Assembly: GCF_001194135.2 (NCBI RefSeq)
Contig: NC_068982.1
Coordinates: forward strand, 78,492,016 to 78,547,837
Direction of reading: 5' to 3'
Length of the DNA: 55,822 nt
DNA from: Octopus bimaculoides
Lineage: Eukaryota
Part shown: positions 35,841 through 47,637 of the stretch, piece by piece
Position numbering within the stretch: the stretch's first letter is position 1
How the letters are laid out: each line of letters starts with the position of its first letter
The notes under the pieces: model-generated
The model's input: the letters and a program-made list of their open reading frames with translations, nothing else
Database searches by the model: none
Told to the model about the DNA's origin: nothing
Translations under genes and position numbers: made by a program

Positions 35841-37249
35841 NNNNNNNNNNNNNNNNNNNNNNNNNNNNNNNNNNNNNNNNNNNNNNNNNNNNNNNNNNNN
35901 NNNNNNNNNNNNNNNNNNNNNNNNNNNNNNNNNNNNNNNNNNNNNNNNNNNNNNNNNNNNNNNNNNNNNNNNNNNNNNNNNNNNNNNNNNNNNNNNNNNN
36001 NNNNNNNNNNNNNNNNNNNNNNNNNNNNNNNNNNNNNNNNNNNNNNNNNNNNNNNNNNNNNNNNNNNNNNNNNNNNNNNNNNNNNNNNNNNNNNNNNNNN
36101 NNNNNNNNNNNNNNNNNNNNNNNNNNNNNNNNNNNNNNNNNNNNNNNNNNNNNNNNNNNNNNNNNNNNNNNNNNNNNNNNNNNNNNNNNNNNNNNNNNNN
36201 NNNNNNNNNNNNNNNNNNNNNNNNNNNNNNNNNNNNNNNNNNNNNNNNNNNNNNNNNNNNNNNNNNNNNNNNNNNNNNNNNNNNNNNNNNNNNNNNNNNN
36301 NNNNNNNNNNNNNNNNNNNNNNNNNNNNNNNNNNNNNNNNNNNNNNNNNNNNNNNNNNNNNNNNNNNNNNNNNNNNNNNNNNNNNNNNNNNNNNNNNNNN
36401 NNNNNNNNNNNNNNNNNNNNNNNNNNNNNNNNNNNNNNNNNNNNNNNNNNNNNNNNNNNNNNNNNNNNNNNNNNNNNNNNNNNNNNNNNNNNNNNNNNNN
36501 NNNNNNNNNNNNNNNNNNNNNNNNNNNNNNNNNNNNNNNNNNNNNNNNNNNNNNNNNNNNNNNNNNNTGGTTGTAGTAGTAGTAGTAGTAGTAGTAGTAG
36601 CAGCAGCAATAGTAGTGGTACCGGTGGTGGTGATTGTAGTGACAGCATGGTAACCAAGTCCTTTCAAAGTGTTTATTCAAGAAGGGGTGTGGTTATTTTT
36701 TTAATCCTGATTGGTCATTGAAGCAGATCTGGTAGAATACATCAAACTCTAAACTTCAAAAGAACAGGTTAACCACACTTTAATACATTTATATAGGCAA
36801 AGAGAACAACCACCACCACCACCACCACCACTATAGTACCCTCGTCTTTCTCTCACACTCTCCTTCTCATCCCTTTTATGTCTTCTGTAGAGAAATAAAG
36901 AAATCCCTCTGTCAATTTTGTTCTTGAATACTTCTTCTTCTCTCTCTCCTCCTCCTTCTTCTCCCTCCTCTTCCTTCTTCTCTGTCTCCTTCTTCTTAAC
37001 CTCCTTCCTCTTCTTTTCTTCCTCCTCCTCCTCCTTCTTGTGCTGCTACTGTTGATACTGTCACCTGTCATTATCACTGATGTTGCAACACAGTTTGTAA
37101 TGTGTGTGCGCTCGTGTATGTGTATGTGTGTGTGTGTGCGTGCATGTGTTTGTGTTCCCCTTTAGTGTATGTATTTGATGTAATACAGCCAGTTATCAAA
37201 ACCTAGGACTTTGCATCAGAATGGCACCTTAACCAATGAATAATATAAG

Positions 37250-37885
37250 CAGCAGGCTAAAATAAGTCCTGGGGTTACTATGATTGGCTGAAAACAACCT
37301 AGGAATTGGACTGTGATCATACTGGCTATCACCCACATCATAAGCAGTTGTCAGAAAATATCATCACAGTATTATCTACCGATGGGACATGATGTTGTAG
37401 TTAGAACACTCCAGAATGAAATCCATTGGAAGGATAATCCCAAGGACAAAGAAATAAGAACTTACAATATGGTAAAATCCACAGCCACTCATAATAAAAA
37501 GGAATACTAGTGGAATGTACCAATGAAGACCTCAATAAAATGTAAGCATAACAGACCTGATATAATGATTTGGAATAGAGAAGAGAAACTGTGCATAGTT
37601 GTGGAAATTAGCTGCCCAGTGGGTGTTGACATAAAGCTGAAGATCAGTGAAAAAGAGAACACCTATGCTGAACTATTAAGAAATCTGCAGTTACTCTATC
37701 CAGATTACATGTTCAGGTTTATACCTGTAATTATTGGGACCCTGGGATATGTAACACACTGCCTAAATACGAATCTTGAGAAATTACATTTCTCAAAACC
37801 AGGAAGAAGAAAGCTAATTTGAAGATTACAGATCCAATCCTTCACCGGAAGTGTAAAATCTGTAAAACTTTCCAGAAGTTTATCA
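37250..37885 (+). mobile_element. Non-LTR retrotransposon with restriction-like endonuclease (R4/Dong/R2-group), 3' remnant
   Basis: ITHIISSC...YYLPMGHDVV (zinc-knuckle end, RHD), EY*WNVPMKT, HNRPDIMIW...VVEISCP (PD-D/E), EKENTY..L...FIPVIIGTLG. Confidence 0.85.
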
Positions 37886-39159
37886 TTTAAATATATATGA
37901 GCATGTCTAGATATGTAACTCTATGCATGAGAATGCATACATAAAATATACAAATCTGCACATACACACATACATACATACATACATACATGCATACATA
38001 CATACATATATATATGCATGCATACATACATACATACATTCAGGCATACACAAACACATACATACATACATAAAGTGCAAGTAGCCATGCTTCTCCACAA
38101 CAATAAGCCTGTCCCTACGCTTCCCATCATACTTTAACTTCCCAACACCCCTCTTAAAGAAACCACTCTATCTTGAGCAGATCCTTCTTTCTTACAAGTT
38201 ACAAAGTGACTTCACTAGTGCTGGTGCTATGATAAAAGCACCCAGTACACTCTGTAAAATGGTTGACATTAAGAAGGACATCCAACCATAGGAAGGGCAT
38301 CAAGCCATAGTGAGGGCATCCGGCCAGAGGAAGAGCAACCAAACCAAAACTGAAGTACTAGAGCAAGACAAAGTTCTCTGATTCATTGAGCCCAGTCAAA
38401 ACGTCCAGCCCATGCTAGCATGGAAAGCAGATGTAAAAATGATGATGATAGGCCATCAGCATTAGTGAGTCTGCCATGCAGTTTGCAAGACTATAAACCA
38501 CCTCACTCAGAGTTCATAGACTTGCACAGTTCATGGCAGACTCTGTTAGTGATGGTGTGAGGAAAAAAGCACCCAGTACACTCTGTAGAGTGGTTGCCAT
38601 TAGGAAGGACATTCAGCCATAAAGCTATACCAAGACAGTGAAGCACAATGTAGTCCATGAACCTGCCAGATCCTGTCGAATGTCCAACCCATGCTGGCAT
38701 GGAACATATACATTAAATGATGACTGTGATGATGGTGATGAAAGTCTATGTCAATGAGTGTGTGTGTGAGTGTGAGTTTGCATGCACACACGTCTGTGTG
38801 TGTGTGTATGAGTGTATATACATAAGTATATTTCCATTTTTTGCTGATAATTCTTAAGTCTTCTTCATCATCATCATCAACATTTTAGCACCAACTTTTC
38901 CATGCTTGCGTGGCTCAAATGGAATTCAATGAGGCAGATGTTCTACAGCTGGCAGCACTTCCTGTGAGAGCTTCTAAGTAAAGTATTTTTCCCCATGATA
39001 ATACAATGTCACCTCACAAACACACACACACATACATATGTTTCCATCTACCAAATGTACTCATTACTGTGCAGTAGGACTGAACTTGAGGCAACATGTT
39101 TGGGATTCAAGTTTTTTAACCACACAGCCACATCTGCTCCTATTATATTTAATCCAATA

Positions 39160-39470
39160 TTTGAAGGCCCATGGCTCAGTGGTGAGAGTTCAATTCCTAG
39201 ACCAGGCTGTGTGTTGTATTCTTGAACAAGACACTTTATTTCATGCTGCTCCAGTTCACTCAACTGTAGAAATGAGTTGCGAAGTCATTGGTGCCAAGCT
39301 ATATTGGCCTTTGCCTTTCCCTTGAATAACATCAGTGGAATGGAGAGGGGAGACCGGTATGCATAGGTGACTGCTGGTCTTCCATAAACAACCTTACCTG
39401 GACTTGTGCCTCAGAAGGGAACTTTCTAGGTGCAATCCCATAGACTTTCATGACCAAAGAGGGTCTTTAT
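39160..39470 (+). mobile_element. Third SINE family (shorter related copy ~41030-41170)
   Basis: ggcccatggctcagtggtgagagttcaattcc (A/B-box like) ...gtattcttgaacaagacactttatttc..gctccagttcactc. Confidence 0.55.
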
Positions 39471-42400
39471 ACTATGAAAAAAGAAGAATCCTATTTGGCC
39501 ATATGTAAGAGGTTCACCTTTGTAAAAGTTTATCTTCAACTTCTATATCCTGTTATCATGACCCAATAAGAGACAAAGAAAGAAGGAGAGAGTAGAAATT
39601 ATGTTTTTGCTTGGCCTGCTAAAAATAGCAGTGAAATGTCTTTCAAATTACACCTTCCTGGCTTTGAAAAAACATGATCATAAACATATTGTATTAGAAA
39701 AATAAAAACACGGGATTGCCATGGTTAGAATGATTTTAGATCATGTGATGACTTAGGGCTTTACAACAATAATAACAAGATCCTGTTTACTTGTTTAGTA
39801 ATGTTTTTGATCTTTAATTTGTATAGTGGGTGTATGTTTGTGTATGCGTGTGTGCATTTATATGAGGGTGTGTGTGAGTGCTTGTGTGTGTAAATGTGTA
39901 TGTGTGTGTGTCTGTATTCAACAATGAAATCATAGGTACACAAAAGAAAATAATAGACTATTTCGTGTAGTGTGCGACAGAAAAACCTTCCTAAATTCAT
40001 TATTGTTGATGTATAAAATATGGGAAGTCTTTCTGCTGCCTCCTGTAACAACTCACAAAAGGTTGGTTTATTCATTGTGTTATGTTGAGGTTTATAAAAT
40101 CAGATTTGATCACAACAAGTTTTATGTTGTACTTACAGACACGACACATTTTCTTTTGTCTTTTCCGTTGCCTTTCTTTCTCTCTGCCTGTCCCAGTTTA
40201 AATAAGTATCAATTATGTTTCACTGCTGAAACCTTCAAATATCTTCTCTGATCAATCAATAAATAAAAGAAATGGTGGTCATAGCTGGAATGTCTTTGAA
40301 GCTAGGTCTACTAAACAAGGGCGGCCTGAGTTTAAACAACAGCAATTAATGCAAATATGCAGAATCAACCAAACGAGATGAGTAAATATAAAGTAGTTTC
40401 TGAAAGAAGAGTGTTGTAGTTTGCTTTGAAGCATTGAGAGATATCATCATCATCATTATCATCATCATCATCACCATCATCATGGAAATCACCACCACGA
40501 CCACCACCATGACCACAACGACAATGACGATGACCACCACCACTATCGTTATCACCATCATCATCATCATCTTTATCATAGCTGCTGCTGCCATTACCAC
40601 CACCACCACCACCACCACCACCATCATCATCATAGAATCCACTACCACCATTACCACTGCAGCTGCCGCCACCACCATCACCACCATCATCACTCAAAGT
40701 CTATTTTCCATGTTGGCATGGGTTGGACAGTTCCACTGGAACAGTCAAGTCAGAATACTTGCACCAATCCCTGCTGACTGTTTTTGGCATGGTTTTTGGA
40801 TGCCCTTCCTAATGCCAGTCACTTTGCAGAGTGTATTGGGTGCTTTTTTATATGGCACTAGCAACAGTGAGGTCACCGAATGACTTGCCAGATAAAATAT
40901 CTGAATTGAGGGCAGGGTGTAGTACTGAGCAACAAAAGTAAAATAACAAAATAATGAAGACAGAGAGCTACTTGCAATGCAAAACACTTCTTAAATTTTT
41001 ATATTTCTCAATCATTATAAAGGCCTGTGATCTAACAGTTACAGTGTTTGGTTCATGATCATATGATCAAGAGTTCAATTCTGGACTGAGCAGCACATTA
41101 TGTCCTGGAGTATGAATCTTCCTTTCTCACTGCTCTAGTCTTTTCAGCTGTAATGAGTACCAGTTGGGTACAGATGCATCTCTCTCCCCTTTCTGTTATC
41201 ACATGTTAGATGCTTGCAACTAAGTTGAAAGTGAGGCAGGAAGTAAATACAAGGGAGTATGTCTGCTTGTGATTAAAACAATTATCAAAAACATCGCACT
41301 TGTTGCTAAACCACACTCACTCATGAATAACAACTCGATGTATTCTTATTATTTGATAAATATTGTTATGATAATACTGTGCTGAAGAGGCCTAATAAGA
41401 CTGAAGCACATCAGAAGTTGTCACTCTTACTCACCAAATATCAGACATATACCCTATCATACAGCCCCATTTAATTTTGAATTAAGATGTTTTTTGGAAT
41501 TGTCTCCCTTCTCTTATTTCACCAGAATTAATTAATAAACCTAACCATTTTTTTGTTGTTGTTATTTGAGGCTTGATCGTAATTATTTAACCATTTTTAT
41601 GTGATTCTCTAATTAAACTTTTTCCCCAACTTTAATATATGTTCTTCATGCAAAAAGCATCCCTGGGGATGATGGTGATGATGATGATAAGGAGGAGGAG
41701 GAGGATGATGGTGCTGGTGGTGGTGGTGGTGATGCTGTCAGTGATGGAGAAAATGATGATGATGACGACTTTGATGAAGATAATGATGATGCTGATGATG
41801 GTTGTGATGATGATGACAATGGCATCATTACATCTTGACAACAACAATGATGTTGGTGAAGATTCTTTATTCCCCCATCCACTCTACTTCACTTCCCCAT
41901 AAACCAACTGCCTCTGGTTTTAAAATATTCTTTAGACCACAACTTTGCATGACAATGAAACAGATAAGATCACAATAGCATTTAAAATAGAAACAATTAA
42001 TTTTAGAATTTTATCCAAAATCTCATTAAAACTTTTGTAGTTTAATTAATCGAACAAACTCAATAAACCAGATAAAGTTATTCTGGAAGTTTTGAGTAAT
42101 TCTAGCCAGGTCTGAGATAAAATAAGGTGTTAACTGAATAACATGAGATTAAAGGGTAAGTTTATATATTTTCTAACTATGTTTATGAAGCTATGGGTCT
42201 AGATTCTCTTAATATTATGCGGAGGCAAATTTTCAATGGGCAAAATTACAATTTGCCCTTCTTATAACAGACAAGTTGACACAGTTTGTTAATTTTACAA
42301 TTTGCCCATTTGACAATTTGTCCAATTTACAATGGGTAAAATCACAATTTGTCTATTTAACACTCATCATCATCACTATCATCATCACCATCATCATTAC

Positions 42401-43289
42401 TGTTTAATGTTTGTGTTCCGTGGGTAGCATAGTCTGACTGGATCTGATGGGCCTAAGGACTGCATAGTGCTCCAGTGTCTGCTTTGACATGGTTTCGACA
42501 GCTGGATGCCCTTCTTAGTGCCACCCACTTTACAGTATGTATTGGGTGTTTTTATATTTTGTGGCACCAACATTTGTGAAGTTGCCATGTAGCTTGCAAG
42601 ACTATGGGTCCTTAGTGGAGAGAGGCAACTTTTATGCTAAGAGGATAAGGAGTAGAGGAGGGTAAGGTATGAGAGAGAGGGCCAGAGCAGGATGGTTAGT
42701 GATAAGACTATCTACATGTTAGAAGAGAGGATGGAGAGGGGTGGAGCTGGAATTTGATGTAAATGATGATGAAATGTCAGAGTGAAACCTAGAAGGTCCA
42801 CTTTTTCCAATTATATAGATTTGCACATGTAAAATAAATAAGCAATTATTCTTAACTCAGGTAAACACAAGAAAAATATAAAACAGCAAAAGACAAGTGA
42901 TGATAATAACAACAACAAAAGTTTATGTGATGGTCATTGATGTAAGGGTAGAATTATTAGTGTTATTTTGGTTTAGCCCTTAGTTAGACTTGATTGAACA
43001 ATTATATGAACAAAGGTGTTCAAGCTGTAACAATTCCATCTTCTTCTTCAGACATAGTATATCTAGGAGTACATTATTTAATGTGTCCTCTTATTTCTTT
43101 TTCTTAAATGGTTAGGCATAGTATATAAGAGATTAGGCTGTTATTTCAAGCAAGTCAAGCAACTGTACACTTTATGGTCAGCTTTTGTAAGATTGTTGTT
43201 GCTGTTGATGATTAATGCCAAGTAAAGTCTGACCAGAAGTATTCTAACCCTAACAGCTTTACAATTTTTAGGGTTATCTAGAACTTCTC

Positions 43290-43935
43290 ATCATCATCAT
43301 CATCGTCATCAACAGTTAACATCTGTTTTCCATGGGTTGGACAGCCTGACAGGAACTGACAACACCAGTGGCCACATCAGGTTCCGTAGTCTGTTTTGGT
43401 TTGGTCTCTAGAGCTGGATGCCCTTCCTAATGCCAACCTTTTTACAGAGTTTACTGGGTGCTTTCTATGTGGCACCATCACCAGTGGTTTTTACATGGCA
43501 CCAGCACTCACACCAATGCTTTTTACATGGCACTTGGTTTTCAGATATCTATTCTGTTGTGGTGAACAGGTCTTCCTGAGTACAGCAATGCACCACATAT
43601 CTTGGTCCTCTGTCATCTCCTTCATAAGACTCAGCATTTTGAGATCAACCTTCAATACTTCGTCCCATATCTTCCTGGGTTTCCTTCTTCCACAACCTCC
43701 TTCCACTTTAAGAGATGAGCACTTCTTTATGCAGCTATGCTCATCCATCCACATCACATGACCAAACCAGCACAGTCTCCTCTCTTGCACACTGCATATA
43801 ATTCTTCTTGTGCCCAACTTCTTTCTCAATACACCAGTAGTCTGTTGTACATGCACACTGACATTGCACATCCAGTGGAGCATACCAGCTTCAATTCTCT
43901 CTAGTGTATGTATGTCTTCTATATTCAAGCCCACA
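43290..43935 (-). mobile_element. RTE LINE 3' part
   Basis: ORF 43491-43934: LERIEAGMLHWMCNVSV...VQERRLCWFGHVMWMDEHSCIKKC...GRRKPRKIWDEV, followed by the shared tail. Confidence 0.85.
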
Positions 43936-44041
43936 TTATCGACTTTAATGTGCCCTTCCTGTTCTTTAAAGTATTAATGCGTGATTTAATGGAAATTTAG
44001 CTGCCATTTTTAGCAAGTCTAGTGACAATGTATAAATTTAC

Positions 44042-44125
44042 TCATTCCCCTATGTAAGAACACAGTAATATTAATTGAAGGAGTTTTCAAATATATCGCA
44101 ACTACTGATGCATTCGCACACTCTG
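44042..44125 (-). CDS. Candidate 84-nt symmetric (phase 1-1) internal exon, product unknown
   Basis: Acceptor tccttacttttAG, open frame (x)ECANASVVAIYLKTPSINITVFLHRGM, donor GTAAAT, non-repetitive sequence with CpGs. A competing + strand 66-nt candidate (44066-44131, ILIEGVFKYIATTDAFAHSAK, donor GTAAGG) overlaps it. No homology recognised. Confidence 0.2.
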
Positions 44126-46453
44126 CTAAAAGTAAGGAACCATGTAGCTCTTCTGCAACAAGAACTTAGTCTGTCTTGTTCCCTTCTTTCATACTTTAAC
44201 CTCTCATCTGCTACTATAAGGCAAACCTTCCCTTGGGGTTCATTGTTTTGCAAGTTGCATGGTGACCTCACTAGAGCTAGTGGCATGGGAAAAGCATCCT
44301 GTTGATGTGAGGAAGGGCATCAAGCTATAGAAACCATAGCAAAGCAGACACTGCAGCATGATGTGGCCCTTTGGACCCATCAGATCCGGTGAAACCATCT
44401 GGCTCATGTCAGAATAGGACATGGATGTTAGATAATGTAAAGAAAAAGACCCTGTGACTAATAAGAATAATCAATAATAAGGGTGTTGATGACAATAATG
44501 ATGGCGATGATGAATATGAAGATGGTGGCTGTAGTGATGGTTGTGACTGTAGTGGTGATGACAACAATGATGGTAACGATGACACTAAAGATGATAATGA
44601 TGATGATAATGATGGTGATTGATGATGATGATAATAATAATGATGACTGATGATAGTGATGATGATGATGATGATGATAATAATGATGATGATAGTGATG
44701 ATGATGATAATTATGGTGATGATGATTATGATGACAATGATGACAACAATGATGATGATGTTGACAATAACGATGATGGCGCTCTTGACAATGACGATAA
44801 TGAAGATAATGATGAAACAGTCCGCACAAAAGAGTTGTATACAGAGAGCTATGTGTTTTTCAATATTTCATTCAACATAGCAGAACAATGGATGAATGTA
44901 TCTCGATTCAATTATTGATAAAAATCAATAGCTCATTATTGTTAGTAAAGTGGTGGTGGTGGTTGCAGTGAAGGAGGAGAAGATGGTGGTGGTGGTGGTG
45001 GAATGAATATTTTTATAGTATTAGGTACATTTAGGCTGGGCAACTGTCCTTTACTACAGAGTTTCTTTGACCAGGATGAAAAGTTATGCATCGCCTGGTC
45101 CAGCTACAGCAGACGAGGTTCATTGCTTATTTACCAGTAAAACATAAAATATGTATAAATTATCTTTATATCCATGTGTGTGTGTGTATATATATATANN
45201 NNNNNNNNNNNNNNNNNNNNNNNNNNNNNNNNNNNNNNNNNNNNNNNNNNNNNNNNNNNNNNNNNNNNNNNNNNNNNNNNNNNNNNNNNNNNNNNNNNNN
45301 NNNNNNNNNNNNNNNNNNNNNNNNNNNNNNNNNNNNNNNNNNNNNNNNNNNNNNNNNNNNNNNNNNNNNNNNNNNNNNNNNNNNNNNNNNNNNNNNNNNN
45401 NNNNNNNNNNNNNNNNNNNNNNNNNNNNNNNNNNNNNNNNNNNNNNNNNNNNNNNNNNNNNNNNNNNNNNNNNNNNNNNNNNNNNNNNNNNNNNNNNNNN
45501 NNNNNNNNNNNNNNNNNNNNNNNNNNNNNNNNNNNNNNNNNNNNNNNNNNNNNNNNNNNNNNNNNNNNNNNNNNNNNNNNNNNNNNNNNNNNNNNNNNNN
45601 NNNNNNNNNNNNNNNNNNNNNNNNNNNNNNNNNNNNNNNNNNNNNNNNNNNNNNNNNNNNNNNNNNNNNNNNNNNNNNNNNNNNNNNNNNNNNNNNNNNN
45701 NNNNNNNNNNNNNNNNNNNNNNNNNNNNNNNNNNNNNNNNNNNNNNNNNNNNNNNNNNNNNNNNNNNNNNNNNNNNNNNNNNNNNNNNNNNNNNNNNNNN
45801 NNNNNNNNNNNNNNNNNNNNNNNNNNNNNNNNNNNNNNNNNNNNNNNNNNNNNNNNNNNNNNNNNNNNNNNNNNNNNNNNNNNNNNNNNNNNNNNATTGA
45901 AAAGGTTGCAACACTGAATGGACGGGTGGCATGAACATCAACAGTGAGCTACGAACACCTCTCTGATTTGCAGATACATATATACATATACATATACATA
46001 TATATATATATATATATATATGTTCATATAATGATATCTACCAAATGTATTGGTGAGATAAAATATGTAATTGCTACCAAAATATCAAAAATTCGTCCAC
46101 AAAGGTCTATAGCAAACTCCTTATGAATCGATCTCCTTGGTTATATATCAAAAAATTTAAATAAAAGCTTTGATGGTAAATCCATATATATTAAAGTTTA
46201 TTACCTAGGTAGCAGTAAGAGGAGTTTAATACCTCTAAGGGACAATTAAATCCAAAGTCGCTCCTGGTTATTACCTGGGTAGGTACAGTCTTTTGTAAAG
46301 TTGTACTGTGGCAGGTGGTTCAGTTGGTAGACCGTAGTTTAGGTTATAAAGGAGAAGAAAATTGATATAATAACAAGGGGAAACTCATCGTTTTCGCTGG
46401 TATGCATTTAATTTAATTAGATAACAAAGGAGGAGGAAGCAATGATGAATGTG

Positions 46454-46504
46454 GCATTTACAATCATTTTGGTTTACGAGTTTTAGTAAATCTCTTCAGA
46501 ATGT
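46454..46504 (-). ncRNA. HHR in left arm, G12A
   Basis: Minus strand: catt-CTGAAGA-gatttac taaaactc gtaaacc-AAAA-tgattg-TA/aatg. Confidence 0.5.
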
Positions 46505-46600
46505 GCAAAGAGGATTGTACATCAGTTAGGATGCGAAAATATACCATCACATATGTATCAATTATTTTCGCATCCTAACCGTTGTATCAATCCTCTTTTC

Positions 46601-46651
46601 GTATTCTGAAGAGATTTACTAATACTCATTAATCAAAATTATTATAAATGC
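46601..46651 (+). ncRNA. HHR in right arm, G12A
   Basis: gtatt-CTGAAGA-gatttac taatactc attaatc-AAAA-ttatta-TA/aatgc. The two arms together suggest an ancestral gatttac/gtaaatc stem II and GAAA. Confidence 0.5.
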
Positions 46652-46913
46652 TACAGTCATCATTGCTTCCTCCTTCTTTGTTATCTAATTAAATTAAAGG
46701 CATACCAGCGAAAACAATGAGCTTTCCCTTGTTATTATATCCATTTTCTTCTCCTTTATATATATATATATATATATTTATAAAATGTATTGGTATCTAG
46801 AAGACCCAAAGAGTGGCAGGGAATGCTAAGTAAGTGCTAAGGATAGACTATAGTTAAACTCTTGGTTTGATCGTGATATGAGTGAGGAGTTTAATGTGGG
46901 TCATGTATTAGCC

Positions 46914-46968
<55 letters not shown>

Positions 46969-47164
46969 TAAAATTATAATTAAGGGTATCTCTTAGATAT
47001 CTTAATTATAATTTCAATAATAATTATTACCTTTTGAGGTTTTTATTCGCATGCTGGCCACCTGATAGGATCGGTATTTTAAATAATGATCTTATCCTTG
47101 CGCAAAAGAAAACCAGTTGCACACTCAGAGACTAACATGAACAGTCACGGATTTAAACTGGTGG

Positions 47165-47220
47165 TCCACACTGACGAGGCTCAGAGTTAAATACCCAAAA
47201 GCCAAAACCTGGTTTGTGGA
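47165..47220 (+). ncRNA. Hammerhead ribozyme, single G12A change
   Basis: tccaca-CTGACGA-ggct(18 nt)agcc-AAAA-cctgg-TT/tgtgga. Stem I 6 bp, stem II 4 bp, stem III ACC/GGT, GUU site; only G12 (47204) deviates. Confidence 0.7.
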
Positions 47221-47637
47221 TATCCCTAATTGCATAATATTTTTATTTGTGCTGTTAAATGTTTTAATTCTTTCTGTTTTCCTCGCATATTGTTTTTCTC
47301 TGTTATATTGGTGCGCTACGGTAGATTAATTTAAGACTTAGCTCTTATTTCTAGCAGGTAGATGCTTATTAAGCATCATTACGCTTCGTGCAAATTTATA
47401 ATTCATAGCTGTTTAAAGCTATTATAACTGCGTTCCACCCATGCCACTACTGGTGATATCATCAAATTTTGANNNNNNNNNNNNNNNNNNNNNNNNNNNN
47501 NNNNNNNNNNNNNNNNNNNNNNNNNNNNNNNNNNNNNNNNNNNNNNNNNNNNNNNNNNNNNNNNNNNNNNNNNNNNNNNNNNNNNNNNNNNNNNNNNNNN
47601 NNNNNNNNNNNNNNNNNNNNNNNTATATATATATATA

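Larger units (their letters stand above)
46345..46760. mobile_element. ~200-bp-arm fold-back carrying one decayed HHR in each arm
   Basis: tataaaggagaagaaaat...gttttcgctggtatgc...gtaaatctcttcagaat...ttaggatgcgaaaat, ~20-nt loop, then the reverse complement ending cttctcctttata. Confidence 0.85.

Noticed and set aside
41376-41418. CTGAAGA-ggcctaataagact-GAAG-caca-TC
   Set aside because: May be a very old HHR, but GAAA, stem II and stem I are all defective, so it was not listed as a feature.
45105-45150. CAGACGA-ggt...acc string
   Set aside because: No GAAA at the right place and no stem I.
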